Shown here one piece after another: positions 31,955 through 45,117 of a DNA stretch of 64,000 bases. Both the position numbers and the translations under genes were made by a program. Positions within the stretch are counted from its first letter, which is position 1. Every line of letters begins with the position of its first letter. The stretch lies in NCBI RefSeq assembly GCF_988242995.1, contig NZ_OZ547043.1; one strand, given 5' to 3'. Under the pieces are notes generated by a model. The model made no database searches and was not told the origin of the DNA. It was given only the letters and a program-made list of their open reading frames with translations.

Positions 31955-32347
31955 ATGATGCGACAATCACTTCAGGCTGTTTTACCTGAAATTTCAGGCA
32001 ATAAAACGTCATCGCTGCGTAAATCGGTATGCAGCGATCTCCTCACTCTTTTTAATTCTCCTCATTCGGCATTACCGTCATTACTTGTTTCAGGCATGCC
32101 CGAGTGGCAAGTGCATAACCCGAGCGACAAACATCTCCAGAGCTGGTATTGCCGTCAGCTGCGTTCTGCACTGTTATTTCATGAGCCACGGATTGCGGCG
32201 TTGCAGGTTAATTTGAAAGAAGCGTACTGCCACACTCTGGCGATCAGCCTTGAGATAATGCTGTACCACGACGATGAACCGCTAACGTTTGATCTGGTCT
32301 GGGATAATGGCGGTTGGCGCAGTGCGACGCTGGAGAATGTCAGCTAA
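31955..32347 (+). CDS. iraD: anti-adaptor protein IraD (stabilises RpoS)
   Basis: 130 aa from [17 protein letters not shown]...; recognised from memory. Confidence 0.8.
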   Translation: MMRQSLQAVLPEISGNKTSSLRKSVCSDLLTLFNSPHSALPSLLVSGMPEWQVHNPSDKHLQSWYCRQLRSALLFHEPRIAALQVNLKEAYCHTLAISLEIMLYHDDEPLTFDLVWDNGGWRSATLENVS

Positions 32348-33251
32348 GCACAATCTCCAGCTCGCGCAGTTCACGCCAGAAGCGTTCGGCAACGGGATTC
32401 ATGCGGGTATTCATCCGGTATGCATAGGCCTGAATCGGGATCACCAGTTCGTCCCGATTCAGTACAACGAGCTTCCCGCTGCGAATTTCTTGTTGGATGG
32501 CGTACTCCGGCAGCCAGGCAATCCCACAGCCGTCGAGGGCAACCTGCTTTAAAAGCTCGCTCATCGAAGAGACAAAAAAGGTGCTGAAACTTAACTCACT
32601 GTGGCGCGTCAGGGTGCGATTAATCAATCGCCCCATGTAGGAGTTGCGGCTGTAATTCAGTAACGGAAAGTGTGGCTGCGCGAGGTTAAAAAGTGCTTCT
32701 CCGTGTTCGTCACTGGCGCAGACAGGGAACAATTGAGATTCAAATAAGCGAATGTGGTCAAACGGCGCTTCCAGCAAATCTTCGTCGTGAAAGGAAAAAA
32801 TACAGTCACTTTGCCCTTCACGCAGTTTATCGACCGCTTCATCGACATCAATAGCTTCAATTGCCCAGGTAAAGAGCGGCGGCATCTGGCTGATAATGGA
32901 CGGTAACAGCCCGAGGGAAAGAGAGTGTGCAGCGGCTATCTTGATTTTTCGTTGCGCGTAATCGCTGCCGCCACGCAGCTCTGCCAGATTGCTCTCTAAC
33001 TGTTGCAACAGATGGCGGATCTGCGAATGGAAGATTTTCCCTTGTTCTGAGAGTTGCAGCGGCGTTACCTGGCGGTTAAACAATTCAACACCAATCGCCT
33101 GTTCCAGCGCACGGATGCGGCGGCTGAATGCCGGTTGCGAGACGTTGCGACTGACTGCCGCCTGGGAAAAATTGCGGCATTTTTCCAGGGTCAGAAAATC
33201 ATAAAGCCATTTGGTTTCAATATTATGCAAAATCGCACCACAGTCATCCAT
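32340..33251 (-). CDS. hypT: LysR-family transcriptional regulator (hypochlorite-responsive HypT)
   Basis: 303-aa ORF with LysR N-terminal HTH ([31 protein letters not shown]). Confidence 0.85.
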   Translation of the reverse strand: MDDCGAILHNIETKWLYDFLTLEKCRNFSQAAVSRNVSQPAFSRRIRALEQAIGVELFNRQVTPLQLSEQGKIFHSQIRHLLQQLESNLAELRGGSDYAQRKIKIAAAHSLSLGLLPSIISQMPPLFTWAIEAIDVDEAVDKLREGQSDCIFSFHDEDLLEAPFDHIRLFESQLFPVCASDEHGEALFNLAQPHFPLLNYSRNSYMGRLINRTLTRHSELSFSTFFVSSMSELLKQVALDGCGIAWLPEYAIQQEIRSGKLVVLNRDELVIPIQAYAYRMNTRMNPVAERFWRELRELEIVLS

Positions 33252-33315
33252 TACGTTTTACTCTGTCAGCCGCCCTTGCGGGCATTCTACGTCCATTCGG
33301 GCGGCTGACAACCGT

Positions 33316-34488
33316 TTAAGCCGTTTCAAACGTTCCTTTCACGCAGGCTTTGCCGTCTTTGACCATCAGTTTGCCGCGAGCGTATACCTGCTCAATGCGC
33401 AGTTCTGGCGTCATGACCAGCAAGTCAGCATCATTGCCTGGCAGAATTTCGCCTTTCCCGGTCAGGTTAAGGAAACCGGCTACGCTACTGGTGAGCGGGC
33501 GCAGGGCATCGCTGATACTGAAATCATAGTCTTTGACCAGCACCTGCACGGTTTCCAGCAACGTTTCAAAACCGGCAACACCGATATGGGTTAAATTCCC
33601 TTCGTCATCGAAGAACGGCTGGCTACCGTTGCCGTCGGAGCTGAGGGTGACGCGTGCCAGCGGAATACCCGCCTGAACGGCGCGGGCAATACCTTCGGCA
33701 GGGGCGACCGGTTCGTCAATGCTGCTGGTGATATCGATGGTGCCGCCTTTGCGCGCGAACTCCAGCGCCTGCTCAAACAACGGTACGTTGCGGTTAACGT
33801 GGGTCGGCAGCAGCTTGCTGATCGGCACATCGCAGTTTTCCAGCAGGTCATAAATAGGCTGTAACGCCTTTTTACTGTCGCCCATGTGGAACACGGTGAC
33901 GCCAGGTTTACCGCCGAGCAAACCGCCAACGCGGGATTCTGCCGCCATATTGGCCAGGCGATAAACGTCCGGTGCGGCAGAACGGTGATCAGAGATGGCG
34001 CATTTCACGCCAATCACACGATCGATAATCGCCACGTCTTTTTCCACGGAACCCGTAATGGTGCGGGAAGGGACATGATAAGCGCCGGTCAGCATCCAGG
34101 CGCTGATGCCTTCTTCATTGAGCGCACGGGTCTTGGCGAGCAGGGATTCCGGGTGGCGAGAGATAGAGTCGGTGCCCAGCAGACCAACCACTGACGTGAC
34201 GCCCGCTTCCGTCAGGCGACTTAGCGCCACTTCCGGCGTGCGCGTCGTGGGACCTGCTTCGCCGCCACCGCCAATCAAATGGACGTGTTGATCAATAAAA
34301 CCTGGGCAGAGGATCTGCCCACTGAGATCGACAACCGTGCAGTTCGGTACAATGTCAGAAGGGATATTGCTGGCAACGGCGATAATTTTGCCGTTAGCGA
34401 CGAGGACATCGCAAATTCCCCGATCTTCCGGCGCATACAAATGCGCTCCCTGCAGCAGGGTAAAACCGGCTGCGGTATAATCAATCAT
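33316..34488 (-). CDS. iadA: isoaspartyl dipeptidase (amidohydrolase superfamily)
   Basis: 390-aa ORF with metal-binding HxH near the N-terminus (DQHVHLIGG). Confidence 0.9.
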   Translation of the reverse strand: MIDYTAAGFTLLQGAHLYAPEDRGICDVLVANGKIIAVASNIPSDIVPNCTVVDLSGQILCPGFIDQHVHLIGGGGEAGPTTRTPEVALSRLTEAGVTSVVGLLGTDSISRHPESLLAKTRALNEEGISAWMLTGAYHVPSRTITGSVEKDVAIIDRVIGVKCAISDHRSAAPDVYRLANMAAESRVGGLLGGKPGVTVFHMGDSKKALQPIYDLLENCDVPISKLLPTHVNRNVPLFEQALEFARKGGTIDITSSIDEPVAPAEGIARAVQAGIPLARVTLSSDGNGSQPFFDDEGNLTHIGVAGFETLLETVQVLVKDYDFSISDALRPLTSSVAGFLNLTGKGEILPGNDADLLVMTPELRIEQVYARGKLMVKDGKACVKGTFETA

Positions 34489-34500
34489 GGTAACTCCTTG

Positions 34501-34962
34501 TTAAACAATAAGCTGCATAACCCAGATCGACAGCAATGCGTTAATCACGCAGACCGTAATGATATGCGGGTAATATTTGGCATTCACTTCGGCTGTCCCC
34601 AGGCAGCGACCGACATTTTGCACCGGGTTGCCCATTAAATACATCGCGGGCAGTAAAACGGTGACATCGTGACCGGTTAATGCGCCAGCGGTTGCCAGAC
34701 TGGCGGCAACACCGACTGCGCCACCCATACTCATTAATGCGGCTAAAAGGACGGTTGCCGCTTCACCGGGTAATCCCCACAGCGCCATTACGGGTTCACA
34801 GATATGCCCCACCCAGTCGAGCAGGCCGGTAATTTTCAGCGCCTGAATGATGACAAACGCCATCACCACGTTTGGCAGCAGGTTGGTCGTGGCGATAGTA
34901 AAGCCACGGCGCGCGCCATCGATAAACATATCCATGACGTTTTTGCGGACCTGAGTTGTCAT
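34501..34962 (-). CDS. yjiG: SpmB-like inner-membrane protein
   Basis: 153-aa hydrophobic ORF; overlaps yjiH stop. Confidence 0.8.
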   Translation of the reverse strand: MTTQVRKNVMDMFIDGARRGFTIATTNLLPNVVMAFVIIQALKITGLLDWVGHICEPVMALWGLPGEAATVLLAALMSMGGAVGVAASLATAGALTGHDVTVLLPAMYLMGNPVQNVGRCLGTAEVNAKYYPHIITVCVINALLSIWVMQLIV

Positions 34963-35642
34963 GCTTGCGCTCCTTGCGTTGGGTTGCGACGTTCTTCGAA
35001 GTTAAGCCAGACGCGCAAAATGTTGGCTCCGACAAATTTAAACACCAGGATGACGGCTAAAGGTACGATTACGGACGTGCCCAGAAAGGCAAACACCGCG
35101 ACGCCGGAAGAGAAGTAGTTGGTGATGATGGCGCTACCGCTGGTTTGATATGCGGCGAAAATCACTTTATCGCGTTCGGTAATTTCACCTTCCTGCGCCA
35201 GCTCTTTGGTCATACCGGCGGCGGCATCGGTGTTTTGCAGGTTAGCGATCAGCGCCAGCGAGCAGATCCCAGGAATGCCCAACAACGGTTTTAGCACAGG
35301 TGTCATTAACTGCTGCGCGGCGCGTAATCCACCAAGACCATCGGTAATTGAAATAATCCCCAGAGAGAGAATGACTGACGGTGCCAGCTCCAGCGCAAAG
35401 AGAAAGCCATCTTTAGCCCCCGCGCCACCCGCGCCGCGAAATGAGGTGGTGGCTCCGTTCGCACCAGGCAGTTGCCCAAACGATCCGTTCAGAACGGAAA
35501 AATCAAAAACGCGCCACCAGCTGTCTGTTCCGGAAAAAACACCGGAAAAAAAGATTATGGTGAGAAAAAAGGCCAGATACCCTTTAATGCCCACTTTTTC
35601 TGTCGCCAGCTCCCCGGCTACAGCATCCCCTTGTTGTGTCAT
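34959..35642 (-). CDS. yjiH: nucleoside-recognition (GATE) domain inner-membrane protein
   Basis: 231-aa ORF, start placed at internal Met for about 227 aa. Confidence 0.8.
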   Translation of the reverse strand: MTQQGDAVAGELATEKVGIKGYLAFFLTIIFFSGVFSGTDSWWRVFDFSVLNGSFGQLPGANGATTSFRGAGGAGAKDGFLFALELAPSVILSLGIISITDGLGGLRAAQQLMTPVLKPLLGIPGICSLALIANLQNTDAAAGMTKELAQEGEITERDKVIFAAYQTSGSAIITNYFSSGVAVFAFLGTSVIVPLAVILVFKFVGANILRVWLNFEERRNPTQGAQA

Positions 35643-35891
35643 AACAATCCCCATTGTTTTTTTGTGTTTGTGTGTTGCTTGAGCCAGGAAAATTCCTGGA
35701 ACTGAAAAACCTTATCAGCCATGTGGGTATGGGGAAAATGCAAGTATGTTTCTGGCTATGCGTTTTTTGCATAGCGGAAAAATTACGCTGTGTGGAAAAG
35801 GCTCTGCGCAGGATTGAGTTGCAGAAAATTCATAAACCAAGTGACAATGACATCAGTAAATAAAAACAGAAAATCCAGGGACGAAAACGAG

Positions 35892-36446
35892 ATGGCAAAG
35901 TACAACGAAAAAGAGCTGGCGGATACGAGCAAGTTTTTAAGTTTTGTCCTCCGACACAAACCGGAGGCGATTGGTATCGTACTGGACCGTGAAGGATGGG
36001 CGGATATCGATAAGCTCATACTTTGTGCCCAAAAAGCGGGCAAGCGGTTAACCCGTGCATTGCTGGATACTGTGGTTGCCACCAGCGATAAAAAGCGTTT
36101 TAGTTATTCCAGTGATGGTAGGTGCATCCGCGCGGTTCAGGGGCATTCGACTTCGCAGGTCGCTATTTCCTTTGCCGAAAAAACACCGCCACAGTTTCTC
36201 TACCACGGTACGGCAAGCCGTTTCCTTGACGAGATAAAAAAACAGGGGCTGATTGCAGGTGAGCGTCACTACGTACATCTCTCTGCTGATGAAGCAACGG
36301 CACGCAAAGTGGGAGCAAGACACGGATCGCCGGTTATTTTAACCGTCAAAGCACAGGAAATGGCGAAACGAGGCCTCCCTTTCTGGCAAGCGGAAAACGG
36401 GGTCTGGCTGACATCAACGGTTGCGGTTGAGTTTCTTGAGTGGTAA
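35892..36446 (+). CDS. kptA: RNA 2'-phosphotransferase (Tpt1/KptA family)
   Basis: ATG at 35892 ([25 protein letters not shown]...), 184 aa. Confidence 0.9.
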   Translation: MAKYNEKELADTSKFLSFVLRHKPEAIGIVLDREGWADIDKLILCAQKAGKRLTRALLDTVVATSDKKRFSYSSDGRCIRAVQGHSTSQVAISFAEKTPPQFLYHGTASRFLDEIKKQGLIAGERHYVHLSADEATARKVGARHGSPVILTVKAQEMAKRGLPFWQAENGVWLTSTVAVEFLEW

Positions 36447-36458
36447 GGGAAACTTCCC

Positions 36459-37637
36459 TCATGAAGTGACCACTTGTAGCTTAAATAATTGCACTGTGCT
36501 GATAAGCGCAGCAATAAACAACGCCGCCGCGCCGCAGAGAGTGGCGCTGGCAAGCGCCGATGTTCCATTGCTGAGCATACTGGTCAGCGCCGGGCCGAGG
36601 ATTTGCCCAATGCCGTAAATGAGCGTCACAAAGCCTAAAAGATTGAGATTTCCCGGTACGCTCAGTTGGCGGGCGATAGTCATCACCAGAGATGTCGTGC
36701 CCATAAAGGTACCGCCAAAACCAAGACTGCTGATGATAAGCAAGAGAGGCGAGTCGCTGGCGAGAGTAAGCAGCACACAGATAGCCTGCACCAGCAAATT
36801 CGCCGTCAGGCAGGGCAAAGCCCCCCAACGTTTTGCTGCCCATAGCCAGCCAAAGCAACCAGGCACAATTGATAAGCCGACTAACGTCCAGAGATGGGCG
36901 GTTAACAATGGTGAGCCTGCATCTTTCGCCATGAGCGGCAGGTAAGTCGCGACGATGATATAACCAAATCCCGCCAGGCCGTACAGAATAGCCAGTAACC
37001 ACCAGCTCATTATCTGTTGCTCCGTTTTTGCCAATGGCATTGGTGTGATGGCGTGTTTTTTCGAGGGCATTAAAAGCGTAAGTGCAATCAGCATCATGCC
37101 AGAAAGCGCCCCGGCGCCTTGCCATAACGTTTGCGAGGAGAGGTCAAAATGCAGGCCTGCCAGAACATATTCATTGCCCAGTGCGATGCCAATGCCAACG
37201 CCAGAAAACAAAGCTGCCAGCACAAAAGGATGGCGCGTGTGCTGCATAATCAGCGTCGAACCAAAAATCAGCATACCGGCGCTGGCGACACCCGCCAGGA
37301 CGCGAATCAATAACACCAGAATAAATGGCGGCAACCATGCCATTGCGAGGATCAACAACCCGCTCGCCAGGGCAGAAGCCAACAGAAATGGGCGCAGGCG
37401 CGATGGCTGGTGAAATGCGCCAAAAGAAAATAGCAGACTGCCAGCCAGATACCCCGCATAGTTGCCGCTGGCAATCCACGAGAGCTGGCTAAATGAAAAC
37501 GATCCTTCCGCCATCATGACGGGCAACATAGGCGTATAAAGGAAGCGGCCTAAACCCATACCTAAGGTCAGAACCAGCATCCCGAAAAGCGCGGTGCTGA
37601 AAGAAAAGCGTTCTACGGGATGCGTGGACGAAGGCAT
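36459..37637 (-). CDS. yjiJ: MFS-type transporter
   Basis: 392-aa polytopic membrane protein. Confidence 0.8.
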
Positions 37638-37704
37638 GTTTAACCTTGTTTGTCATTTTTGTTGTTAACAAGTTAATAACAAAAAGGTGAAGCATGCCAG
37701 CCTG

Positions 37705-39657
<1,953 letters not shown>

Positions 39658-39660
39658 TCC

Positions 39661-40812
39661 TTACAGCATCTCAATAAAGGCCGCGACACGGGTACTGAGC
39701 TGCCCGACATCCGAGGTGGAGTAGTCTGTTTCAATAGCGATATAAGGAATGTTGTGCTGCTGGCGCACATGACGTTTAATCGCCAGCGATTCCACCGCGT
39801 AGGTATGGCACGCCTGCAAAATCACATCAACTACGCCATCGACCTGATATTCCTCCACCATCTGGCTGAGCATTTTCAGGCGCTGATCGTTCGGCGAAAC
39901 ACAGGAGCAGCCAATCGCCAGATATTTATCCGCCAGCGCGTCGTAGACATCGCCCGTTTCTGCCACGCATTGCTCGGTCGCTTTCGCCCCGGTGCAGTTT
40001 TCATAACCGACAACCCAGCCGCCATTCTCTTCAATCGCGCGCACCACTTTTTCTGCTGCGCCGCCAATCGGGCAGCCGGTGATTAAAATGCGCGGACGCG
40101 GGTCCAGTCGCTGGCCTTCTTCCCACTGCTGACGAACGCGGGCGGTCATTGCATCCAGTTCATTGATCAACGCCTCTTTATCGAACCGGAAGGTTGCGCC
40201 GTAAACCACTTTCAGAATGTCGCTGCCGCTAAGCGCCGGAGGATTTAACTGCCCAAGATGATAAAAATTAGCCAGTGCGCGACGTTCGCGGTTTTTCAGC
40301 GCAATGGCATCGCGCAGAGCATCTTCGCTAATCTCGTGCCCAAAACGTTCTTCTACCGTTTTTTGCAAGCGCAGCATCTCGGCTTTCCATAACGCACGCG
40401 AGGCATCGTCCTTAACGCTGTTGGGCAATTGCATCACATGAACAGGCTTAAACTCCGCCATGTATTCATACATTTTCTTTTTGCCGTCGCAGGTGGTTTC
40501 ACCGACCACCAGATCCGAAAAGTAGAAGTAGGGGCATTTATCGGTTTTGCCGAAGCCGTAGCTGCTTTTAATCAGCGGGCAGAGGTTGCGCGGCAGATCT
40601 TTCTCCGCTTCTTCAATGGTTTCATCAGAGGTGGAACAGAGCGAAACCACAACCGCACCGGCTGCCATCGGGATCTCTTGCGGCATAAAGGTGCAGTAAG
40701 TGCCAACCAGCGGAATGCCGCGCTCCTTGAGATCCATGACGGTGAGAAAGCCTGTCTGGCGAGCTTCAGAGAACTGATCGAAAATGGCGGGTAGATCGGT
40801 GACAAGTGACAT
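39661..40812 (-). CDS. yjiM: 2-hydroxyacyl-CoA dehydratase-family protein
   Basis: 390-aa ORF, start placed at MSLVTDL; 3 nt upstream of yjiL. Confidence 0.8.
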   Translation of the reverse strand: MSLVTDLPAIFDQFSEARQTGFLTVMDLKERGIPLVGTYCTFMPQEIPMAAGAVVVSLCSTSDETIEEAEKDLPRNLCPLIKSSYGFGKTDKCPYFYFSDLVVGETTCDGKKKMYEYMAEFKPVHVMQLPNSVKDDASRALWKAEMLRLQKTVEERFGHEISEDALRDAIALKNRERRALANFYHLGQLNPPALSGSDILKVVYGATFRFDKEALINELDAMTARVRQQWEEGQRLDPRPRILITGCPIGGAAEKVVRAIEENGGWVVGYENCTGAKATEQCVAETGDVYDALADKYLAIGCSCVSPNDQRLKMLSQMVEEYQVDGVVDVILQACHTYAVESLAIKRHVRQQHNIPYIAIETDYSTSDVGQLSTRVAAFIEML

Positions 40813-40927
40813 GATTTTCCTTCCCCGTACCACGGGAGATAATGAAAAGAGGCCACATTATTACCATTCTTTTAGTATGGTTTATTTGATCTCTCTCGCG
40901 GTTAGCCACTTAGTTTTTCATGGATTT

Positions 40928-42208
40928 CTAAAAATTGCCGAGGGGGAACAAGGCCGGGAGCTGCGACAGCAAATATAAAATTAGCCCAATACAACCGCCA
41001 ACCAGCGTACCGTTGACACGAATAAACTGCAGATCTTTGCCGATATTTAACTCTATTTGCCGCGACATATCCCGCGCATCCCAGCTTTTTACCGTATCGC
41101 TGATGTGGCGCGTCAGGAATGCGGAAAACTCAGGCGCGACGCGGTGCGCGGCTTGTTCAAGATGACCATTTAACGACGCCCGCAAGGCATCATCGGCAAT
41201 TAACGTTTCGCCAAACCATTGACCCGCTCGTGCGATGCGTTCTTTCACACGAGAATCTTCACTGTTGATATCCACTTTCAGCCATTCCCGTAAATCCCCC
41301 CACAATTCACTGAGATAGCGATTAAAAGCTTCATCTTCTTTCAGATAGCTTTTTACGGCATCGGCTCGCGCTGCCATTTCCGGATCGTTTTTCAGCTTGT
41401 CGATCAGGGCGAAGGTGGCGCGATCAAACGCATGGCGGATCTGATGCGCACGATCGCGACTAATATCATCAAGCAAAGAATTCACCGCGTCAGAAACCAA
41501 CTCCGCGCTATGTTCGCCCAACCATTCGGTGGGGAGAATTTTGGCTTTCAGTGGATGCTCGCTCTCCAGCCAGCGAACAATTTGCTGGGCGATAAACTTG
41601 CGCGATTTATCGCGCTGGAGAAGGGCGATCAACTGTGCGATCAGCGTATCCAGCAGCACCTGATGACGATCGTTTTTGGTCATACTCTCCAGCATCAACG
41701 CACTGGTGCCGGAAAGATCGACCTTATCAATCGCCCGATGGACCGCGCGCTTAAGCAGGCGCTGAATACGCGCATCATCGGTAAGTTCGAGAAAACCGCT
41801 CATGATCTGCAACAGATGCTGACCAACGCGGCGGGCGTTTTCTGGCTGGCTAAACCAGTTGCCAATCAGCAACGCCGGTTCGTGGCGTCGAATCAATGCC
41901 ACCAGGGATTGAGTATCAAGAAATTTTTCCTGCACGAACTGGCCGAGATTTTCGCCAATCCGGTCTTTATTACGCGGGATAATCGCCGTATGGCGAGAAA
42001 TGATCGGAATCGGCACGCGGCGAAACAGCGCCACCACCGCAAACCAGTCCGCCAGCGCGCCGACCATCGCCGCTTCAGCAATCGCCTTCACGCCGCTCAC
42101 CCAAAAATTGGGCGGCAAAAACAGCGTAACGACAAAGGTAGCAGCGGCGATAAGCAGTAAAGAGAGCGCCAACCTTTTGGCGCGTCTGAGTTCGATGAGT
42201 TTATTCAT
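40928..42208 (-). CDS. yjiN: DUF445-family inner-membrane protein
   Basis: 426-aa ORF with N-terminal TM helices. Confidence 0.8.
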
Positions 42209-42248
42209 AACGTTAAGAATAGAGCCTGACGGCAGGATCGCGCAAAAA

Positions 42249-43481
42249 TCACTGCTCCTCCACTAGCTCGGCTGCCTGATGCTGGCGCACGCGATTGAGC
42301 AATCCCGCCAGGGTGAAAACGACGATAACGCCCGCCACAACGGCTAACAGATGAAACGGCAAGCGACCGCCGTTAAACCATAGCCAGCGGCCGATTTCGA
42401 CCGAGACCGACATCACCATCAGGATCACCATATTTAGCGATGCGGAGACGGTCCCTTTCGGTAACTTATTGGAAAACAGCGTAAAGCGGAATAAGGTCGG
42501 GAAAATCAAACCAATCCCGAAAGCATACAGACTGGTGCCCAGCACCGACCACAGCCAGACGTGCGGCGACAGCAGATTGCCGACAATCAACAGCGAGAGG
42601 CCGACCAGTTGAATGGGTACGGCACGCCAGATAAACCGCGGTTCGGTCGGATCTTTAACAAAACGCGCCACGATGGCATTCGCAACAATCACCGCGCCGA
42701 ACACCGGAACCTGTGTCCAGGCGAACTGCGAAGTTGTTAAGCTGCCTGCATCGATAAGGATCACCGGCGAGACAGCCACCCAGCTCATCATCGGGATATA
42801 GCTTAAAGAGATGGTTGCTGCGCCAAAGAGGAACAGCCGATTGCAAAAGACATTACGAAAATCGCGCAAGACGCTTTTGGCGCTAAACGGAACCGCGCCG
42901 CGCTTCACCGTCTCTGGCATCGCCAACAGTAAGCCAACAAATGAGATAAAACCCATAACCGCAATGATGGCAAAAAGGACTTTCCAGTGCATAAAGTGCA
43001 TCAGAGCTGCGCCGGAAAGCGGGCCGATAATCGGCGCAATCAGTACGATGGAGGTGATAATCGCCATCAACTTGATCCCTTTTGTCTGTCCGAACGCCTC
43101 CTGCACCGTGACATAACCAACGGTGGCAATAAAACAGATACTGGTGCCCTGAATTGCACGCGCGATAAGAAACTGTGTCATAGACGTTGTGAACATTGTC
43201 GCGGCGCAGGCAAGGGTAAAAATTAGCGCCCCGGTAATCAGCACCGGCCTGCGGCCAATTCTGTCGGAAAGCGGCCCCAGCAGCCACTGTAACGCCATAC
43301 CGCCAGCAAGATAGAGACTGACGGCAGCAGGGGCCAGACTGACATCGGCATTAAAATCACGTACCACATTAATGATCCCAGGCTGGATCAGATCCGTCGA
43401 CAGATACGCAGCAAAGTCATACAAAATCAACGCCATCGGGAAAAACAGCGTGGCGGCATGGCGGGTAAAAAAACGTGGCAT
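42249..43481 (-). CDS. mdtM: MFS multidrug efflux transporter
   Basis: Start at [14 protein letters not shown] (ATG 43479-43481) for 410 aa; 12-TM MFS. Confidence 0.9.
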
Positions 43482-43959
43482 AACAAACAACTCCTTGTCC
43501 GGAGAACCCCAACGGGGAAAACGAAATTCAATACCGTCGGTAATGACGAAAGGCAGGTGAGAAGGGCAACGAGACTGCAAATGTACTGAATTTCATGTAA
43601 TCAACCACACTGCCTGTGAACACACAGACAGAGAAATACTTTCTGACTTAGGGTCAGAATGTATAACGATTACAAATAGTCATCAGCACATTACACCTCT
43701 TGAATTGATGGGTTGCATAGAAAATATACACCTTAAGTGTAATTAAAATTTGCGGTTAATCAAAAGAGCGCGGTGGAAAGGGGAATATCTGCCGGGTACA
43801 GGACATGTAAAACGCGAGCTTGTTTCCGGAAAAATGTATCGTTTGCAGAAGAATAAAAATAGCCTGGAAAGCGCCTCGGGGAATGGGAAATTGCCGGGTG
43901 AGAATGGTTTTGTTAGTCGCTAAAGTCAGGCCATCTTTTTCAACAGGTGATGGATCGCC

Positions 43960-44874
43960 ATGACAAACTTCACGACCAGCACGCCGCATGATGCATTATT
44001 TAAAACCTTTCTCACGCACCCTGACACTGCGCGGGATTTTATGGAGATTCACTTACCTAAAGATTTACGTGAACTGTGCGATCTCGATAGCTTAAAACTG
44101 GAATCCGCCAGCTTTGTCGATGAAAAATTGCGGGCGCTACACTCCGATATTTTATGGTCGGTAAAGACCCGCGAAGGCGATGGCTATATCTATGTGGTGA
44201 TTGAACATCAGAGCCGCGAGGACATTCATATGGCCTTTCGCCTGATGCGCTATTCCATGGCGGTGATGCAGCGCCATATAGAGCATGATAAACGCCAGCC
44301 GCTACCGTTGGTCATCCCGATGCTATTTTATCACGGTAGCCGTAGTCCTTACCCCTGGTCCCTGTGCTGGCTGGACGAATTTGCCGACCCGACTACCGCA
44401 CGGAAGCTTTATAACGCCGCGTTCCCGCTGGTGGATGTTACTGTCGTGCCAGACGACGAGATTGTGCAGCATCGCAGAGTCGCCCTGTTGGAGTTGATCC
44501 AAAAGCATATTCGCCAGCGCGATCTGATGGGGCTTATCGATCAACTGGTAGTATTACTGGTTACAGAGTGTGCTAATGACAGCCAGATAACTGCGCTGTT
44601 AAATTACATTTTACTGACTGGCGATGAAGCGCGTTTTAATGAGTTTATCAGTGAACTTACCCGTCGAATGCCACAACACAGGGAGCGAATAATGACGATT
44701 GCAGAGCGAATTCATAATGATGGATATATAAAAGGGGAGCAGCGCATTCTTCGATTGTTGTTGCAGAATGGGGCGGATCCTGAATGGATACAAAAGATTA
44801 CCGGACTTTCGGCAGAGCAAATGCAGGCATTAAGGCAGCCCTTGCCTGAGCGCTATTCATGGCTCAAGAGCTAA
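43960..44874 (+). CDS. rpnD: Rpn-family (YhgA-like, PD-(D/E)xK) recombination-promoting nuclease, intact
   Basis: 304-aa ORF with D...E-x-Q nuclease core (DILWSV...YVVIEHQS). Confidence 0.7.
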   Translation: MTNFTTSTPHDALFKTFLTHPDTARDFMEIHLPKDLRELCDLDSLKLESASFVDEKLRALHSDILWSVKTREGDGYIYVVIEHQSREDIHMAFRLMRYSMAVMQRHIEHDKRQPLPLVIPMLFYHGSRSPYPWSLCWLDEFADPTTARKLYNAAFPLVDVTVVPDDEIVQHRRVALLELIQKHIRQRDLMGLIDQLVVLLVTECANDSQITALLNYILLTGDEARFNEFISELTRRMPQHRERIMTIAERIHNDGYIKGEQRILRLLLQNGADPEWIQKITGLSAEQMQALRQPLPERYSWLKS

Positions 44875-45117
44875 TCAGAGACGGATGACAAACGCAAAGC
44901 AGCCTGATGCGCTATGCTTATCAGGTCTACATAACCCATTAAATATATTGAACTTTAAAGATTTTTGTAGACCTGGTCAGGCGTTCACATGGCATCCGGC
45001 ATGAACAAAGCGTACTTTGCTTAATTCAGGCTGGAACGTGGCGATGACCCAGCAAAGATAAAACGAGTCACAGGTTATGCATGAGAGGAAATCAGGCGCT
45101 TCGCCGCTATTTCGAAT

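Noticed and set aside
36481-37125. 214-aa same-strand alternative-frame ORF inside yjiJ (and plus-strand ORFs 36619-37413)
   Set aside because: Overlaps the MFS transporter gene in another frame; the yjiJ frame gives a coherent 12-TM protein.
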